The notes: a model not told the origin generated them from the letters alone. Positions 14,154 through 31,348 are shown, counted from the stretch's first letter. The stretch: DNA of 64,000 nucleotides from Octopus vulgaris (GCA_951406725.2 OX597817.1:165912001-165976000); one strand, 5' to 3'. Numbers and translations: made by a program.

Positions 14154-14187
<34 letters not shown>

Positions 14188-14302
14188 CGATTCGTGTAGA
14201 AACCAATGTAGAGACCATTCACAGTTATTAGCTCTCTGATGCCATCGCGCACTGGATATGCATCAGAAATTCCATACAATCCGTCGTAGAGTTTGTATAA
14301 AT

Positions 14303-14413
<111 letters not shown>

Positions 14414-14560
14414 AAAAGCAATAAAGATTCAAGTTAATTTAAATGAATTCACTTGAATATGGTACCTAACTTAGATGCACCAAAAAAAACTATACTGATT
14501 TAACAATACAGTAATGTGGGGTGATTATAAGCGAGAAAGAAGCAACAAGAATGGATAGGT

Positions 14561-14651
14561 TTTTAGTACAATCGTTTCATACAAGGACAGGCTTTATTAA
14601 AAGTTGCAAAAATTACAGCATATAAACGTGTCCCGTACTCATCAGCTAAAA
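14561..14651 (-). ncRNA. Type I hammerhead motif (mirror copy)
   Basis: Reverse complement of 15774-15864 in the other arm of the inverted repeat. Confidence 0.75.
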
Positions 14652-15185
14652 TACATGTGAGTTCTCTAGACATCCTAGTGGTTGAGGCTATACTCATGAA
14701 GTAATGTAGATAATTAAGTAACATAAACAGATTTCCAAAGTTCATTAAAGTTCTTAAAGATGATGTACAGTCTTATCACAGAATTTTAAAAAAGTTTTAA
14801 TAGCATCACAGAGAAGGTGACCTAATCCATAGTGCACATATGAATTTCCAGAGATATGATGAGGGATTACATACTCACAGAAGACAAATTTATCCATTGT
14901 TAATTACAACGAGGTGGGTTTCAATTCCTGCTTATTAGCATTACATAGAGGGTGAATTAATCCTTTGTATAGATGCACAATTTCCAATGGTGTAGATGTA
15001 AATTTCCAGAGAAATGAAGAGGAATTTCATATTCACAGGCGATAAATTTATCAATGGTTGAACACAATGAGGTAGGTATCAATTCTTGTTATATGATTAG
15101 GTATTTGCCACATTAATCACATTACTACTATTTACATAGAGCTAATAACTGTGAATGGTCTCTACATTGGTTTCTACACGAATCG

Positions 15186-15219
<34 letters not shown>

Positions 15220-15773
15220 TGTATGTATGTATGTATGTATGTATGTATGTATGTATGTATATTTATAATTATACTATATATTACATATATATTATATCAT
15301 ACCTTGATACTATATATCAAATACCTAATCATATAACAAGAATTGATACCTACCTCATTGTGTTCAACCATTGATAAATTTATCGCCTGTGAATATGAAA
15401 TTCCTCTTCATTTCTCTGGAAATTTACATCTACACCATTGGAAATTGTGCATCTATACAAAGGATTAATTCACCCTCTATGTAATGCTAATAAGCAGGAA
15501 TTGAAACCCACCTCGTTGTAATTAACAATGGATAAATTTGTCTTCTGTGAGTATGTAATCCCTCATCATATCTCTGGAAATTTATATGTGCACTATGGAT
15601 TAGGTCACCTTCTTTGTGATGCTATTAAAACTTTTTTAAAATTCTGTGATAAGACTGTACATCATCTTTAAGAACTTTAATGAACTTTGGAAATCTGTTT
15701 ATGTTACTTAATTATCTACATTACTTCATGAGTATAGCCTCAACCACTAGGATGTCTAGAGAACTCACATGTA

Positions 15774-15864
15774 TTTTAGCTGATGAGTACGGGACACGTT
15801 TATATGCTGTAATTTTTGCAACTTTTAATAAAGCCTGTCCTTGTATGAAACGATTGTACTAAAA
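15774..15864 (+). ncRNA. Type I hammerhead ribozyme motif
   Basis: Stem I ttttag(15774-79)/ctaaaa(15859-64); CTGATGA 15780-86; stem II gtacgggaca/tgtccttgtat; GAAAC-gatt-GTA 15847-58. Confidence 0.75.
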
Positions 15865-16220
15865 ACCTATCCATTCTTGTTGCTTCTTTCTCGCGTATAT
15901 ATATATATATATATACAAATATACATACATACATACATACATGCAAACATACATACATGCATACATACATACATAATACATACATACATACATACACACA
16001 TACATATATACATACATACATACGTACATACATACATACATACATACTTACATACATACATACTTACATACATGCATGCATACATACATACATACATACG
16101 TACATACATACATACATGTATACATACATACACACATACATACATACATACATACATACATACATACGTACATACATACATATATACATACATGCATACA
16201 CACATACATACATACATACA

Positions 16221-16251
<31 letters not shown>

Positions 16252-16370
16252 GATTCGGTATGAAAACTATGCAAACCTCATCCAGTTATTTGCTATCTGA
16301 TGTCATCATACACTGGATATACATCAGAAATTCCATAGAATACGTAGAGTTTATAGAAACAGATAAATAA

Positions 16371-16450
<80 letters not shown>

Positions 16451-16531
16451 ATATATATGTGTGTGTGTACTATTTATTAAAGCTGAAATTATTCTTCACC
16501 AATTTTTACTCAGTTTCACTTCACAATTGTA

Positions 16532-16633
<102 letters not shown>

Positions 16634-16999
16634 GCGCACACACACACGCACAAACACGCACACTCGCACACACACACATACACGCAGGCTCACAGAGGCA
16701 CATTACACACACAGAGATTCAATAACAGAAAAATATATATTACAATTAGGTAATTACTTGTGGCTTATCTCGACATAATTGTTTCCTTCTAAGTTAATTA
16801 ACGAAATTAATAATTAATGATCACAAAGTAGCTATTTGTTAAACAATTGTACATTGTTTAAATTATGCACACTTAATTGTAAAAACTGATTAAATGTCTT
16901 GGGGTCAATTTGTTTTAAGGACATAGGAATTTATTCAAATATGTGTTTATGGGTTTAGTAACGCTTGAAATACCAAATATATTTTCCGTAGTTTATTAA

Positions 17000-17822
<823 letters not shown>

Positions 17823-17838
17823 TTATTATTTTTTTTTT

Positions 17839-18074
17839 ATGTTTGACTTTTGCAAGGTGGCTCCAAGTCTCACTCAGGTCCCTCAAGAAACAACAAGTTG
17901 GAAGTTCATGTTGGTGTTATGCCTAGGGTGCCATACATTTGGTTTTGTACATAGTGTTGTTCTAGAGAATGTTTAAGAAACCATAAGAAAATTATGTTTG
18001 TTTTAAAACTTGAGATTACATAGAAAGTATTTTGCTTAGGATATGAGCAGTTCCCATGAGCACTATCTTTTGAA
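17839..18074 (-). mobile_element. R4/Dong-like LINE 3' end in (TAA)n
   Basis: Minus strand IQKIVLMGTAHILSKILSM* plus 3'UTR, flanked by TAA/TAT tracts. A related UTR fragment lies at 19025-19170. Confidence 0.75.
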
Positions 18075-18399
18075 TTATTATTATTATTATTATTATTGTC
18101 GTTGTTGTTGTTGTTGTTGTTGTTGTTATTGTTGTTGTTGTTGTTGTTGTTGCTGAGGTTGACTTTACCTTTCATCCTTTCAGGGTCGATAAATTAAGTA
18201 CCAGTTTCGTACTAGGATCGATCTAATCGACTGGCACTCTCCCCACAAATTTCAGGCTTTGTGCCTAGAGTAGAAAAGATTATTATTATTCCCGAATCGT
18301 TAGAGCCTCGCCGTATTCGATTCGTCTCCTTGCGAGCTTTCACTTTCATTCTTACGGATTCGACAGAATAGAGCAGCATAAAGGACTGGAGTCGATTCT

Positions 18400-18630
18400 C
18401 TTTTACTCTTTTAATTGTTTCAGTAATTTGACTGCGGCCATGCTGGAGCACCGCCTTTTGTCGAGCAAATCGACCCCAGGACTTATTCTTTAGAAGCTTA
18501 GTACTTATTCAATCGGTCTCTTTTGCCGAACCGCTAAGTTACTGGGACATAAATACACCATCATCGGTTTTCAAGCGATGTTGGTTGGGGGGGGTCAAAC
18601 ACAGACACAAACATATACACACACATACAT
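18400..18630 (-). mobile_element. SINE A 3' half
   Basis: tgtttcagtaatttgactgcggccatgctggagcaccgcc...ttgccgaaccgctaag. Confidence 0.85.
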
Positions 18631-19209
18631 ATACTCTCTCTAACTATACACCAATCTGAAAATATAAGACATTGTGTTTCTGTTTCTTTGTGCCTTGTCT
18701 GATTGTGTCATTCGGTACATAATATAAACCATGGGAAAGATTGTACAGTATTCCTTGCAAAAGCGCGTGTCAAATCCCTGGAAAAAGTCTTTCAAATAGC
18801 GTAAATTCTAGAAGTGTAAAAAAAAATAAAACAGGCACGCTATTACTTTTCGCTTATCGTCGTCATCGTCATCATCATCATCATTATCATCACTATTGCC
18901 GACATCCATCATCATCAACATCATTATTGCTATGATCATGATCAGCATAATTGTTATTATTCTTATTCATGTTATAATTATTATTATCATCATCATCATC
19001 ATCATCATTATTATTATTATTATTCTATGTTTGACTTTTGTTTTATGTCTGTACAAGTTGGCTCTAAGTCTCACCCAGAGACATCAAGAGACAACAGGTT
19101 GGTTGGAAGTTCTGTGCCATATATTTGGGTTCTTTTTTTTTGGTGTTGTACTAGTGAATGTCTAATACATAAAAATAAAATTTTTAAAAATAAATAAATA
19201 AATAAGTAA

Positions 19210-19272
<63 letters not shown>

Positions 19273-19478
19273 GCTTCAATGTCATTTAACACTAGGTAAG
19301 AATTGGTCGAGAAGATCAGGCAATAACCCCGATTCCATAACCTCATATTTTTTTACAATTTTCTTTAAGAGGTTGTCCATGATATCAAAGAATGTATCTC
19401 TACTTCCGCTAGATCGAGCAACGAAATAGAAGCTTGTACCACGGGTCTCGTAGAGAATCTTTCATTATAAAAGTAGCA

Positions 19479-19519
<41 letters not shown>

Positions 19520-20126
19520 AAGGATAACGAGCACCAAGGCAAGAGATCTCAAGTCATATATGTTATTAAAAATTATAAATAATTGGTAATTAATAATTTT
19601 TAATAATAATAATATATATGACTTCAGATGTCTTGCCTTAGTGTTTCTTATTCTATTTAGCAAATTTATATCTGCTGTATCGGAAATCTACAATACTTTG
19701 CATAGTTCCGTAAATCCCGTCTCGATTAAGAGCTTGAAACCCTGGTAATCCGTTACACCATTTGCCCAGCATACTTACCCGTTTAGATCACCTGTGAACT
19801 TACCCTACCCCATATTTTATACGTGTATATATGTATACATATATATAATAATATAAATAATATATCAATATATGCATATATACGTACATATAGGTATATA
19901 CCTACATATATATATATATATATATATATCTGTATATACATGCATAAATGGGTACAGGATATAAAAATACGTGGACAGAATGAGAAACGAGAACATAAAA
20001 AACAAAAACTTAGAAAACGAACTTTTTTCGAACAATGAAAAAAACAGAGAAACGAGACATGCAACATAAAGAACATTCCCTATACATACATATACACATA
20101 CATACAAACATACATGTATATGTATG

Positions 20127-20250
<124 letters not shown>

Positions 20251-20821
20251 AAAATAGTAAAAAGTGAAAAAACTACAGAAGGCTTGTTTTAAAAGGTTAA
20301 AAAATATATATTTGAGTCTTTATGCCTGAAGAATGTTATAAATTTTTTTCATACAATGACATATATATATATATATATGTGTGTGTGTATGTATGCATAT
20401 GTATGTATGTATAAATAGATAGATAGATAGACAGAGATTTTTCTTTTTTTTTTCATCTAGTTTCAGCTCACCAGCTGTGGCCATGCTGTGGCACCGTGTA
20501 TGTACATGCTCATGTATATGCACAGGGAGAGAAAATAAAGAGAGAAAATAAAGAATGTGTAGTGGCTAGCGATCTATCATGGCGAACTTGTAAGGTTGTT
20601 TCTTATGGCCATTTAGAAAGTAACACGGCCAACATGTCTGACGAGTCGTTTATACACCAAAGAGCTTTATAAGTGCGACATCAATACATGCGACATCAAT
20701 ACATGCATACTCACGTACGTACATACATACATACATACATACATACATACATACATACATACATACGTAATGGATGAAAGAAATGGAAGATGGATTTAGT
20801 ACGAATCTTCCGTTTCCTTCA

Positions 20822-21218
20822 TCTTTATATATAAAACTGTAGTTGTGTGAGTGTCTGTCCCCTTCGATTTAGATTCCTAACTACTCCCACATTTTGCGGT
20901 GCAGTTTAACCAAAACCGGGTATCTTATAGTCGTGATTCATATCAAGCCCTTCTGTGTATTAGCGCGCGTCTACGATGAGTCTACGATTTTAAAAATAAT
21001 TTACCATCATTTTTTTCCATTTTAAGGCATATCTTTTTTAATATAAGGGAAGTAACTCTCTAAAAATGTCTACAATGAGTCAACGATTTAAAAAAAATTT
21101 ACCATAATTTTTTTTCCATTTTTAATGCATTTTTTGCTATTTTTTTACTATAACTCTCTAGAAATGCTTTATAGTTATTTCCCTTACAAATCCGAGCAAC
21201 GCCGGGCGATACTGCTAG
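20822..21218 (+). mobile_element. Non-autonomous Helitron-like element (~400 bp)
   Basis: a|TC...ccgagcaacgccggg hairpin...CTAG|t; closely similar copy at 52853-53246. Confidence 0.85.
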
Positions 21219-22085
21219 TCAGTTATAAACTCAATAAACCCTGCGGATTTCCCGGCGAAGATCTAGTGAAAATTACATAGTAACTGTGTGGAAGACATCA
21301 GGTAGCCCAAAAGAAGACTGTACTTTAATCGACAAGTAGTTTCATATAAATATATATTTATGTACATATATATGTATATGTATATACTATATACATATAC
21401 ATACATTATATTATGAATTATATATAAGTTACAATCGCACATACATATATTTATATATCCCATATACGTTATATCTGTGCTTACTTCATTTGTGTATATG
21501 GGTGTGTTTATATGAGCTTGTGTGTGTGTGTGTGCACATCTATTAATATACCTAACTATATATTCGTCTATGTATGCGTGACAGATGAATAGCAAAATTT
21601 TGAACATTCTTATATACACATTCTGTCACATTCTACGAAAAGATAATACGACAAATACGTATTATTTAAAGGGCCGCGAGTAAGTTTCAAAAAAAAAAAA
21701 TGTAGATTTCGAGATAATCAACATAATACATTTATAATGTCTTGGGAATCAGACGTCTTCCAGAATATGACATTTTCTTAACACGAGCGTAAGAAGAATG
21801 GTATATTTCTTGAGCGAGATTCACAAAATTTTTTTTTGTGACATGAGAACTGTTCCAGTCAAAGACGAATCAGTTAGTCTTTAAATAGCTTTTGACTAGA
21901 AGTGTTCTTCTATGAAGAGCTGTATGGAAATATCTGCGTGTGTGTACGTACGCATCTTTTTATATGTATTTGTATGCATGTGTGTGTATATACATACATA
22001 TGTGTGTGCGAGTGTGTATGTACGTATTGTTGTCTATACATATGTTTCTCCATATCTATATTTATCTATCGATCTATCTGTATAT

Positions 22086-22521
22086 ACTCTTTACTCTTTA
22101 CTCTTTTACTTGTTTCAGTCATTTGACTGCGGCCATGCTGGAGCACCGCCTTTAGTCGAGCGAATCGATCCCGGGTCTTATTCTTTGTAAGCCCAGTACT
22201 TATTCTATCGGTCTCTTTTGCCGAACCGCTAAGTGACGGGGACGTAAACACACCAGCATCGGTTGTCAAGCAATGCTAGGGAGACAAACACACACACACA
22301 AACACACACACACACAAACACACACACATACACATATACATATATATACATATATATACGACAGGCTTCTTTCAGTTTCCGTCTACCAAATCCACTCACA
22401 AGGCATTGGTCGGCCCGAGGCTATAGCAGAAGACACTTGCCCAAGATACCACGCAGTGGGACTGAACCCGAAACCATGTGGTTAGTTAGCAAGCTACTTA
22501 CCACACAGCCACTCCTGCGCC
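22086..22521 (-). mobile_element. SINE A, full length
   Basis: Nearly identical to 51142-51573, with shared variants gcaatgctaggg and aggcattgg. Confidence 0.92.
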
Positions 22522-22585
<64 letters not shown>

Positions 22586-22717
22586 TGTGTTTGTGTGTTG
22601 TGTGTATGTGTGTGTATGAGTGTGTGTGTGCGTATATTGTTCTCAGCTTGAAAAAACCTTTTCCATTTCTAGTTTCAGCTCAAGAACTGCGACCTTGCTG
22701 GAGCACCGCCGTTACAT

Positions 22718-22860
22718 ATCATCATCATCATCATTTAACGTTCGTTTTTCAAGCAGGTTTGGGTTGGACGGTTTTTATTGAAAACTGGTAAGCTGGGGAG
22801 CTGCACCTGGTTCCAATCTGATTTGGCATAGATTCTACGACTGGATGCCCTTCTTAACGC
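22718..22860 (-). mobile_element. Retroposon fragment with an RTE-type tail ending in (GAT)n
   Basis: catcatcatttaacgttcgtttttc...gggttggacgg...ctggatgcccttcttaacgc resembles RTE-associated 3' ends (from recall, not aligned). Confidence 0.45.
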
Positions 22861-22864
22861 GAGC

Positions 22865-22930
<66 letters not shown>

Positions 22931-22932
<2 letters not shown>

Positions 22933-23123
22933 GGAAGCGTCGAATGTGTTTGGTATTTTACAGACCAGAAAGTAAATCTCGGATGCAGTATAGCCGTGAA
23001 AACATCAGTGAGATTGGATATTTTACTCTTAGACGGGAAAATGTTACCAGCAAACGAGTACGGGACTCGAACCCACGCGCCTCACATGCCGTCCGTGTAC
23101 TCTACCATTAAGCCAAACGGCTC
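22931..23123 (-). mobile_element. Distinct tRNA-derived SINE-like element ending in (TA)n
   Basis: gagccgtttggcttaatggtagag...gggttcgagtccc (box A and box B) with no intact cloverleaf acceptor stem. Confidence 0.65.
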
Positions 23124-23649
23124 GCATAAGAATGTTTGTGGATACATCTATAGGTGTATACAATAGACTTACATACATATGCATATTGAAAATAATAACA
23201 TACTCAAATATAGAAAATATTTATATGATGGATATAAACATAATACCTAAATATTTATGTAGATTTATGGATGGAATGTGTTTCTACATACGTATAAATA
23301 TGCATATTTGTTTTGCAAATGCAGGTGTGTGTTGTAGTTATTATCATGAAGCCATATTAAAAAGAGTAGCAAAATTTCATTTGAATCAAGCCGTCATAAA
23401 ATATTTGGGCTGTGATGACTTTCCAGTCGTTGGAAATGTAATGCTTATATCTTATAATACAAAATGCCAGTAATATATAAAGATGTTATAGGGCATGGAT
23501 CGCTTAAGAATGGTTTAATTATGACGGAGTTGTGTGGTTTCATGTGAAATTATGTAAAATCTCTTGGATATCATGCGATATTTTCAGGATGCACACATAT
23601 ACCACTACGTGTGTGTGTGTGTGTGTGTGTTGGTGTGTGTGCGCGTCTG

Positions 23650-24480
<831 letters not shown>

Positions 24481-25061
24481 AGTGAATTTCTACGGTGACA
24501 CACATGCACTCACTTTTCAGTGCGTAACAACTTACAGCAGAAATACCTGTACGCTAATTACGTTTAGGACATAATTACTTTTCCCGTGTCATGCATTTAA
24601 TTTCTTACGTATATGTGTATGTGTGTGTGTGTGCGTGTTTTTTATTTTACACACACGTGTGTTAATATGCATACGTGTAAATTGTCTTCAGTTGGTTTGT
24701 ATTCAGAAAGCAGACACGGAACGGTAAATGACAAATATCTATATTCCGCTCTCTCCATTCTGCTTATATGAAGGATTTTTCTAATTATTTTTCTGTACAT
24801 ATATGTGTGCATGTGTGTGTGTGTGTGTGTCTGTGTGTATGGGCGTGTTTGGCCCGGTGGTAGAATCGTTAGCACGATTTGTTACAATTCTTCTGTCTTC
24901 CCCTTCTGTCATTCTCCTGCATCGGACGCACTTCCCCTCCGATGAAGCATGTTGAAAACTGGCATCATTAAATGCAATTCTCCCTATCCTATAATTTGAG
25001 GCTTTGTGTCTACTGGACCTCATCACAAGAATCTCGCAAACGAAATACAAATTCGTATATA

Positions 25062-25924
25062 TGAGCTGATGCATTTTGGAAGAAATTCCTCACTAAAACA
25101 ACCATACTCTCTTCCTTCAGGGGAACCGCTCACAGCCTCTAACAATATCAGAGACCTGGGTGTAATTGTTGATGACGATCTCAGTTGGAGTGCACACATC
25201 AACAAGAAGGTCGATACAGCTCGTAGGATGAGTTCCTGGATCTTAAGAACTTTCCGGTCCAGAGAACAAGGTGTCATCATACCACTTTTTTCATCCTTTG
25301 TACGGCCACACCTTGAATACTGCTGCCCACTGTGGTCTCCTCACACAAGACAAAACATCTCCAGAATTGAGTCACCCCAGAGGGCTCTCACTAAACAAAT
25401 TGAAGGCATGGCTGCTCTCGACTATTGGGATTGCCTTAAAGCCTTGAAACTTTACTCCCTCCAGCGTCGTCGTGAGCGGTACATCATTTGTACGATGTGG
25501 AAAATATACCGCCAACTTTGCCCAAACGACCTAAACATTAGCTTCAATTTTCATCCGAGACTTGGACCACGGGCTATACGTCCCCTGCCAAATTCAAGAT
25601 CACAACATACATGTACACTGCAACATAATTTCTTTTCCTCAACAGGCCCTGCCCTATTTAACATTGTCCCGAGGGAGATCAAAGAGGAAAAGGATCCCAT
25701 CAACTTCAAACAAGTCTGGATAGATTCCTTCAAAGAATACCAGACAAGCCACCCATAATTGAATACAACTCACCCAACAAGAACTCACTACTTGAACAAA
25801 ACTGGATACAACTCACCCAACAAGAACTCACTACTTGAACAAAACTTGACTTAAACAGGTGGTGCTATTAAGTTAGACTTGGCCTGGACCAATCTCTGGT
25901 CGAAACATATCTAAGTTTTATCTA

Positions 25925-25930
<6 letters not shown>
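25062..25930 (+). mobile_element. 5'-truncated CR1-clade LINE (ORF2 C-terminus + 3'UTR)
   Basis: IRDLGVIVDDDLSW, FVRPHLEYCCPLWSP, LYSLQRRRER; 1-bp deletion near 25712; tail tctaagtt(t)a then (TA)n. Confidence 0.92.
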
Positions 25931-25960
<30 letters not shown>

Positions 25961-26028
25961 CAAATATATATATATGTACATATATATATACATATGTATA
26001 TACATAAATATATATATATATATGTATA

Positions 26029-26070
<42 letters not shown>

Positions 26071-26172
26071 TATATTTATATATATACATTTATATACTTA
26101 TACATATGCATATATATATATACACATATATATACTTATACATATGCATATATATATATACATATATATGTA

Positions 26173-26205
<33 letters not shown>

Positions 26206-26219
26206 GCATATATATATCT

Positions 26220-26285
<66 letters not shown>

Positions 26286-26364
26286 ATATATAAATATATA
26301 TGTTTATATGAATGTATATATACGTACATACGTATGTATATAGGAATATATATAGATAGATTTT

Positions 26365-26559
26365 AAAAAGTCAAGGTAGAAAATGCTAAAATAATTTTAT
26401 AAAAAGACATTTCATTACCGGTTTCGGTCATTGAGACTTTTTCACCTGTAAGTATGGAAAACAATTGAATTTTCCAAAATTTAATTGTTTCCAATCATCG
26501 AAACTGGTACTGAAATGTTTTTTATAAAATTATTTTAGCATTTTCTACCTCGACTTTTT
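26365..26559. repeat. Foldback element (~60-bp arms) with a degenerate hammerhead half
   Basis: Arms 26365-26426 / 26499-26559; inner IR 26456-26492; minus strand gtctcaatgaccGAAACcgGTA; flanked by TA tracts. Confidence 0.8.
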
Positions 26560-26629
26560 TTCCATATATATATATCAACTCGTGTGTTCCTTTTAATCTT
26601 TCTGCATATATATATATAAATATGTATGC

Positions 26630-26707
<78 letters not shown>

Positions 26708-26738
26708 TATATACATATATATATACATATATATATAC

Positions 26739-26811
<73 letters not shown>

Positions 26812-27103
26812 TATCATATACATACATATTTACATTGAACAGGCTCTCTTTCTTGGTCCCTTCCTGTAGTTATCGCACAGGGATGGAAGATTAGACTTAA
26901 ATTTTTTAGATGGATAGGATGCGTGTCCTTTGGATTTAAAAGTATCTAGTACTCTAATGCATATTCTCTCGAGATAAGTTTGTGCACAGGAGTAAACCCT
27001 CAGATATCTTAAATTATGTTAGGTTTAAAATGTCTTAAAATGGAGTGCATTGTTATGAAAATTTAGAAAATTTATGCAGTTATTCTAAACAGAAGAGTAC
27101 GAA

Positions 27104-27618
<515 letters not shown>

Positions 27619-27784
27619 GAAGAGTACGAACTTTTGCATTCAGCTATTCTGTATCTTCATTTCCGAAAGATGGGTCCAGCCTAGTTGTTAGGACATCAAG
27701 TGAAAAACAAGTGATGATTTTGATGTTTATACACAGCGCACTGTCATTCATACACTTTTATACTCACATATTTCATATATTTAT

Positions 27785-28398
27785 TGCTTTACTGCCCACA
27801 GGGGAACTAAGCATTGAGGGGACAAACAAGGAGAGACTAAGGGTTGAAGTCGATCTAGTGCGTAACTGGAACTTATTTAATCGACCCCGAAATGATGAAA
27901 GGCAAAGTCGTCCTAGCCGGAATTTGAACTCAGAACGTAACGGCAGACGAAATACCGCTTAAGCATTTCGCCCGGCGTGCTAACGATTCTGCCAACTCGC
28001 AGCCTTTCATTTATTTCATACAATACTGGATCTATATTGGAAATATACACACGCTCACACACGCACACATACACACAGAAATGCACACATACACATACAT
28101 ATAAGCACACACACATACACGCACGCACACACATGCACATACACACACCCATAGAGGCACACATACCTATTTCTTTATTACCCACAAGGGGCTAAACATA
28201 GAGGGGACAAACAAGGACAGACATAGGTATTAAGTTGATTACATCGACCCCAGTGCGTAACTGGTACTTAATTTATCGACCCCGAAAAGATGAAAGGTAA
28301 AGTCGACCTCGGTGGAATTTGAACTCACAACGTAACGCCAGATGAAATACCACTAAGCATTTCGCCCAACGTGCTAACGTTTCTGCCAGCTCGCCAGC
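27785..28398 (-). mobile_element. Two SINE B copies; the second (about 28165-28398) has a ~13-bp TSD
   Basis: aggcacacatacc at 28155-28167 and 28399-28411. Confidence 0.85.
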
Positions 28399-28449
28399 AG
28401 GCACACATACCACACACACAAACATATACATCTACTCTTCTATTAAACC

Positions 28450-28645
28450 CAATGACGAATATTTGTCCTCTCAATGGTATGTGTATTTCGAAACCTATGG
28501 AACGAAGAGTGAAACTGAAAATACGTATACAATATCCTGCAACTTTTGTACGTTTTGTAATCTGAGTAAAACCTCTCCAACCCCAAAACCTGAATCAATT
28601 GCGGGTTGTAGAATATGTGATATTTGTCTTTCAGCAATTTTAGAC
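28450..28645 (+). mobile_element. Internally deleted Penelope ORF remnant
   Basis: NICPLNGMCISK (Cys linker CPLxGxC) and CRICDICLS (CxLCL motif downstream of GIY-YIG). Confidence 0.5.
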
Positions 28646-28730
28646 AAAATGCAGAAATATTCATTTGTATTCTTTTCTAATCTAGGCACAAAGCCCAAAT
28701 TTTGGGGGAGGGGAGCAGTAAATTAGATCA

Positions 28731-28965
28731 GAGGCGCAATGGCCTAGTGGTTAGGGCAGCGGACTCGCGGTCGCAGGATCGCGGTTTCGATTCTCAGACC
28801 GGGCGTTGTGTGTGTTTATTGAGCGAAAACACCTAAAAGCTCTACGAGGCTCCGGCAGGGGATGGTGGTGATCCCTGCTGTACTCTTTCACCACAATGGC
28901 GGTGCCCCAGCATGGCCACAGCTCAAGAGCTGAAACTGGAAAAACAAAAACAAAACAAAAAAAAA
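28731..28965 (+). mobile_element. Chimeric SINE (C head + CR1-type tail) nested in a SINE B
   Basis: C head to 28897, then ggcggtgccccagcatggccacagctcaagagctgaaac. The host SINE B continues at 28672-28730 and 28966-29050. Confidence 0.85.
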
Positions 28966-29461
28966 CCCTAGTACGCAACTGGTACTTAATTTAACGACCC
29001 CGAAAGGATGAAAGGCAAAGTCGACCTCGGCGGAATTTGAACTCAGAACGAAAAAAAATACGGAAATATTTAAGTAATGGAGATATACCTATTGGTATAT
29101 ACCTATGCATGTTCCCAAAATATAGTCGAGCTGATTTTCCATAAAACTGAAAGTTATACAGAGACTAAAAAAGATTTAAGACAATGTCAAAAATGACATA
29201 ATATAGGCCAGATTGTATAATTTTATATAATCTGGAAAATTAATAGTTAGAATCTGAAAATTATTGATGAATAGAGGAGTTAACAGGTGTTCTTCGCAAA
29301 GCGATATGGTAGATGAGTGTATAAGGTTTTTTCTGAAGGTACGTTTGTTCACTAAACACACACACATACACACACACACAAACGCACACATAAATACACA
29401 CACAAACACACACATAAACACACACACAAACACACACACACACATGTCATGTCTATATCTA

Positions 29462-29536
<75 letters not shown>

Positions 29537-29675
29537 TATGTTAATACATATACATATATATATATATATGCACATATACATATGTATATAATTATTATAT
29601 CTACATCTATAAATATATAAATATATATATATATGTATATATACATATATACATGTATGTATGTATGTATATATG

Positions 29676-29733
<58 letters not shown>

Positions 29734-29797
29734 TATGTATATATATGAATATATAAATATATGTGAATGTATATATACGCGTATATACATGCATATA

Positions 29798-29839
<42 letters not shown>

Positions 29840-30024
29840 TTAATGTATTTATATTATATACGTATATATATGTGTATATATATAGCAGAATAAAATATGG
29901 GAAGTCCTTATTGCCGTATAATTTTAAAAAGATAACTTGGAATTCTTTTATTAACATTTAATAATAAACTGGAAGAATTATCAGAAAACCTACTGCATAA
30001 ACTTTTTTCAGCTGTTCATATATG

Positions 30025-30083
<59 letters not shown>

Positions 30084-30322
30084 GAAGCTCTGAGGCAGGA
30101 TTACTCATTTGTGCCATCTGAGTGGACTGCAGCAGCAGGAATCTAAGTGTTTCATTCAAGAATTCAACGTGTCGCCCGGTCAAAGAATCGTGAGCCCAAA
30201 TACTAACCACTGAGCTACGCGATTCCTTACGCAAACGGATACACTTACACACTCATATACACGCACATACATATATAGATAGATAGACAGAGAGATAGAT
30301 TGATAGATAGATATATATATAT

Positions 30323-30394
<72 letters not shown>

Positions 30395-30716
30395 AATAGT
30401 ACCGGATTCAATTCCTTGCTGTGGTACTTAGAATTAAGGTGTCTCAGAGTTTTCTTCATGAAGAATAAATCATGAGTGGTATCTTATCTTCGTAGACGAA
30501 AACTATGTAAAACCATGTTGTATACATACGTACATATATACATATATACAAAAAAGCATATACGCATATGCATACATGCATATTGTATGTGTGTGTGTGT
30601 GGATGGGTCGATTGCTATATATATATATATATATAATAATAAATATTAGGGAATAAATCCAAATTTACAGGGAAAAAATCAGATTTAGGATTAAATCCAA
30701 TTTTATAGTAAAATAT

Positions 30717-30883
30717 TATAAAATATTATTAGAGACAAAACCACTATTTTGCAAAACAAACAAGGAAAGACCTAATCAATACATAAAATTTTAATAAATA
30801 GTTTTTGACTATTTATTAAAATTTTATGTATTGATTAAGTCTTTCCTTGTTTGTTTTGCAAAATAGTGGTTTTGTCTCTAATA

Positions 30884-30893
<10 letters not shown>
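30717..30893. repeat. Near-perfect palindrome, 86-bp arms, 5-bp spacer
   Basis: 30717-30802 / 30808-30893, one mismatch seen; the unit lies between (TA)n tracts. Confidence 0.95.
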
Positions 30894-30956
<63 letters not shown>

Positions 30957-31009
30957 TCATATGGGTATATGTGTATGTGTATGAATTACTTATGATTTAC
31001 AGAATCTCT

Positions 31010-31079
<70 letters not shown>

Positions 31080-31181
31080 ATAAACTGTACACCACAAAAA
31101 ATATTCTATACATACAAGGATACATGCACACATACATAGGTACATGTATATTGATATACGTATGTATATATATATATATAT

Positions 31182-31348
31182 ATGAACCCACTGCAAGGTA
31201 CGAAGGTAACCTAAGGGCAGCAGCTACAAACTCTCTCTTAGATCAGTGGCCAGCCACGGCAAACTGGACTTAGAGAGGGTAGCAACAAGGGCGGTGCCCC
31301 AGCATGGCCTCAGCCGGATGGCTGAAACAAGTAAAAGAGTAAAAGAGT
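31182..31348 (+). mobile_element. Very short CR1-like 3' end (ORF2 terminus + tail) in (TA)n
   Basis: [29 protein letters not shown], then ggcggtgccccagcatggcctcagccggatggctgaaacaagtaaaagagtaaaagag. Confidence 0.75.

Larger units (their letters stand above)
14531..15894. repeat. 577-bp near-identical inverted repeat (14531-15107 / 15318-15894), PLE pLTR-like
   Basis: The identical ORF translations 14563-14745(-) and 15680-15862(+) confirm it; only about 2 mismatches noticed. The spacer holds an inverted copy of 14059-14235. Confidence 0.95.

Noticed and set aside
14231-14295. ctgatgc...gaaa as a hammerhead (also 16295-16350)
   Set aside because: The core is CTGATGC/CTGATGT paired within its own hairpin, with no NUH in register with a stem I.
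14563-14745. Identical 60-aa ORF on both strands as a duplicated gene
   Set aside because: It is a by-product of the inverted repeat, overlaps the hammerhead motif and has no recognisable domain.
23050-23123. Possible tRNA gene (also the SINE A/B/C heads)
   Set aside because: Box A and B are present, but the acceptor and anticodon stems do not pair and the sequence runs into a SINE-like body.
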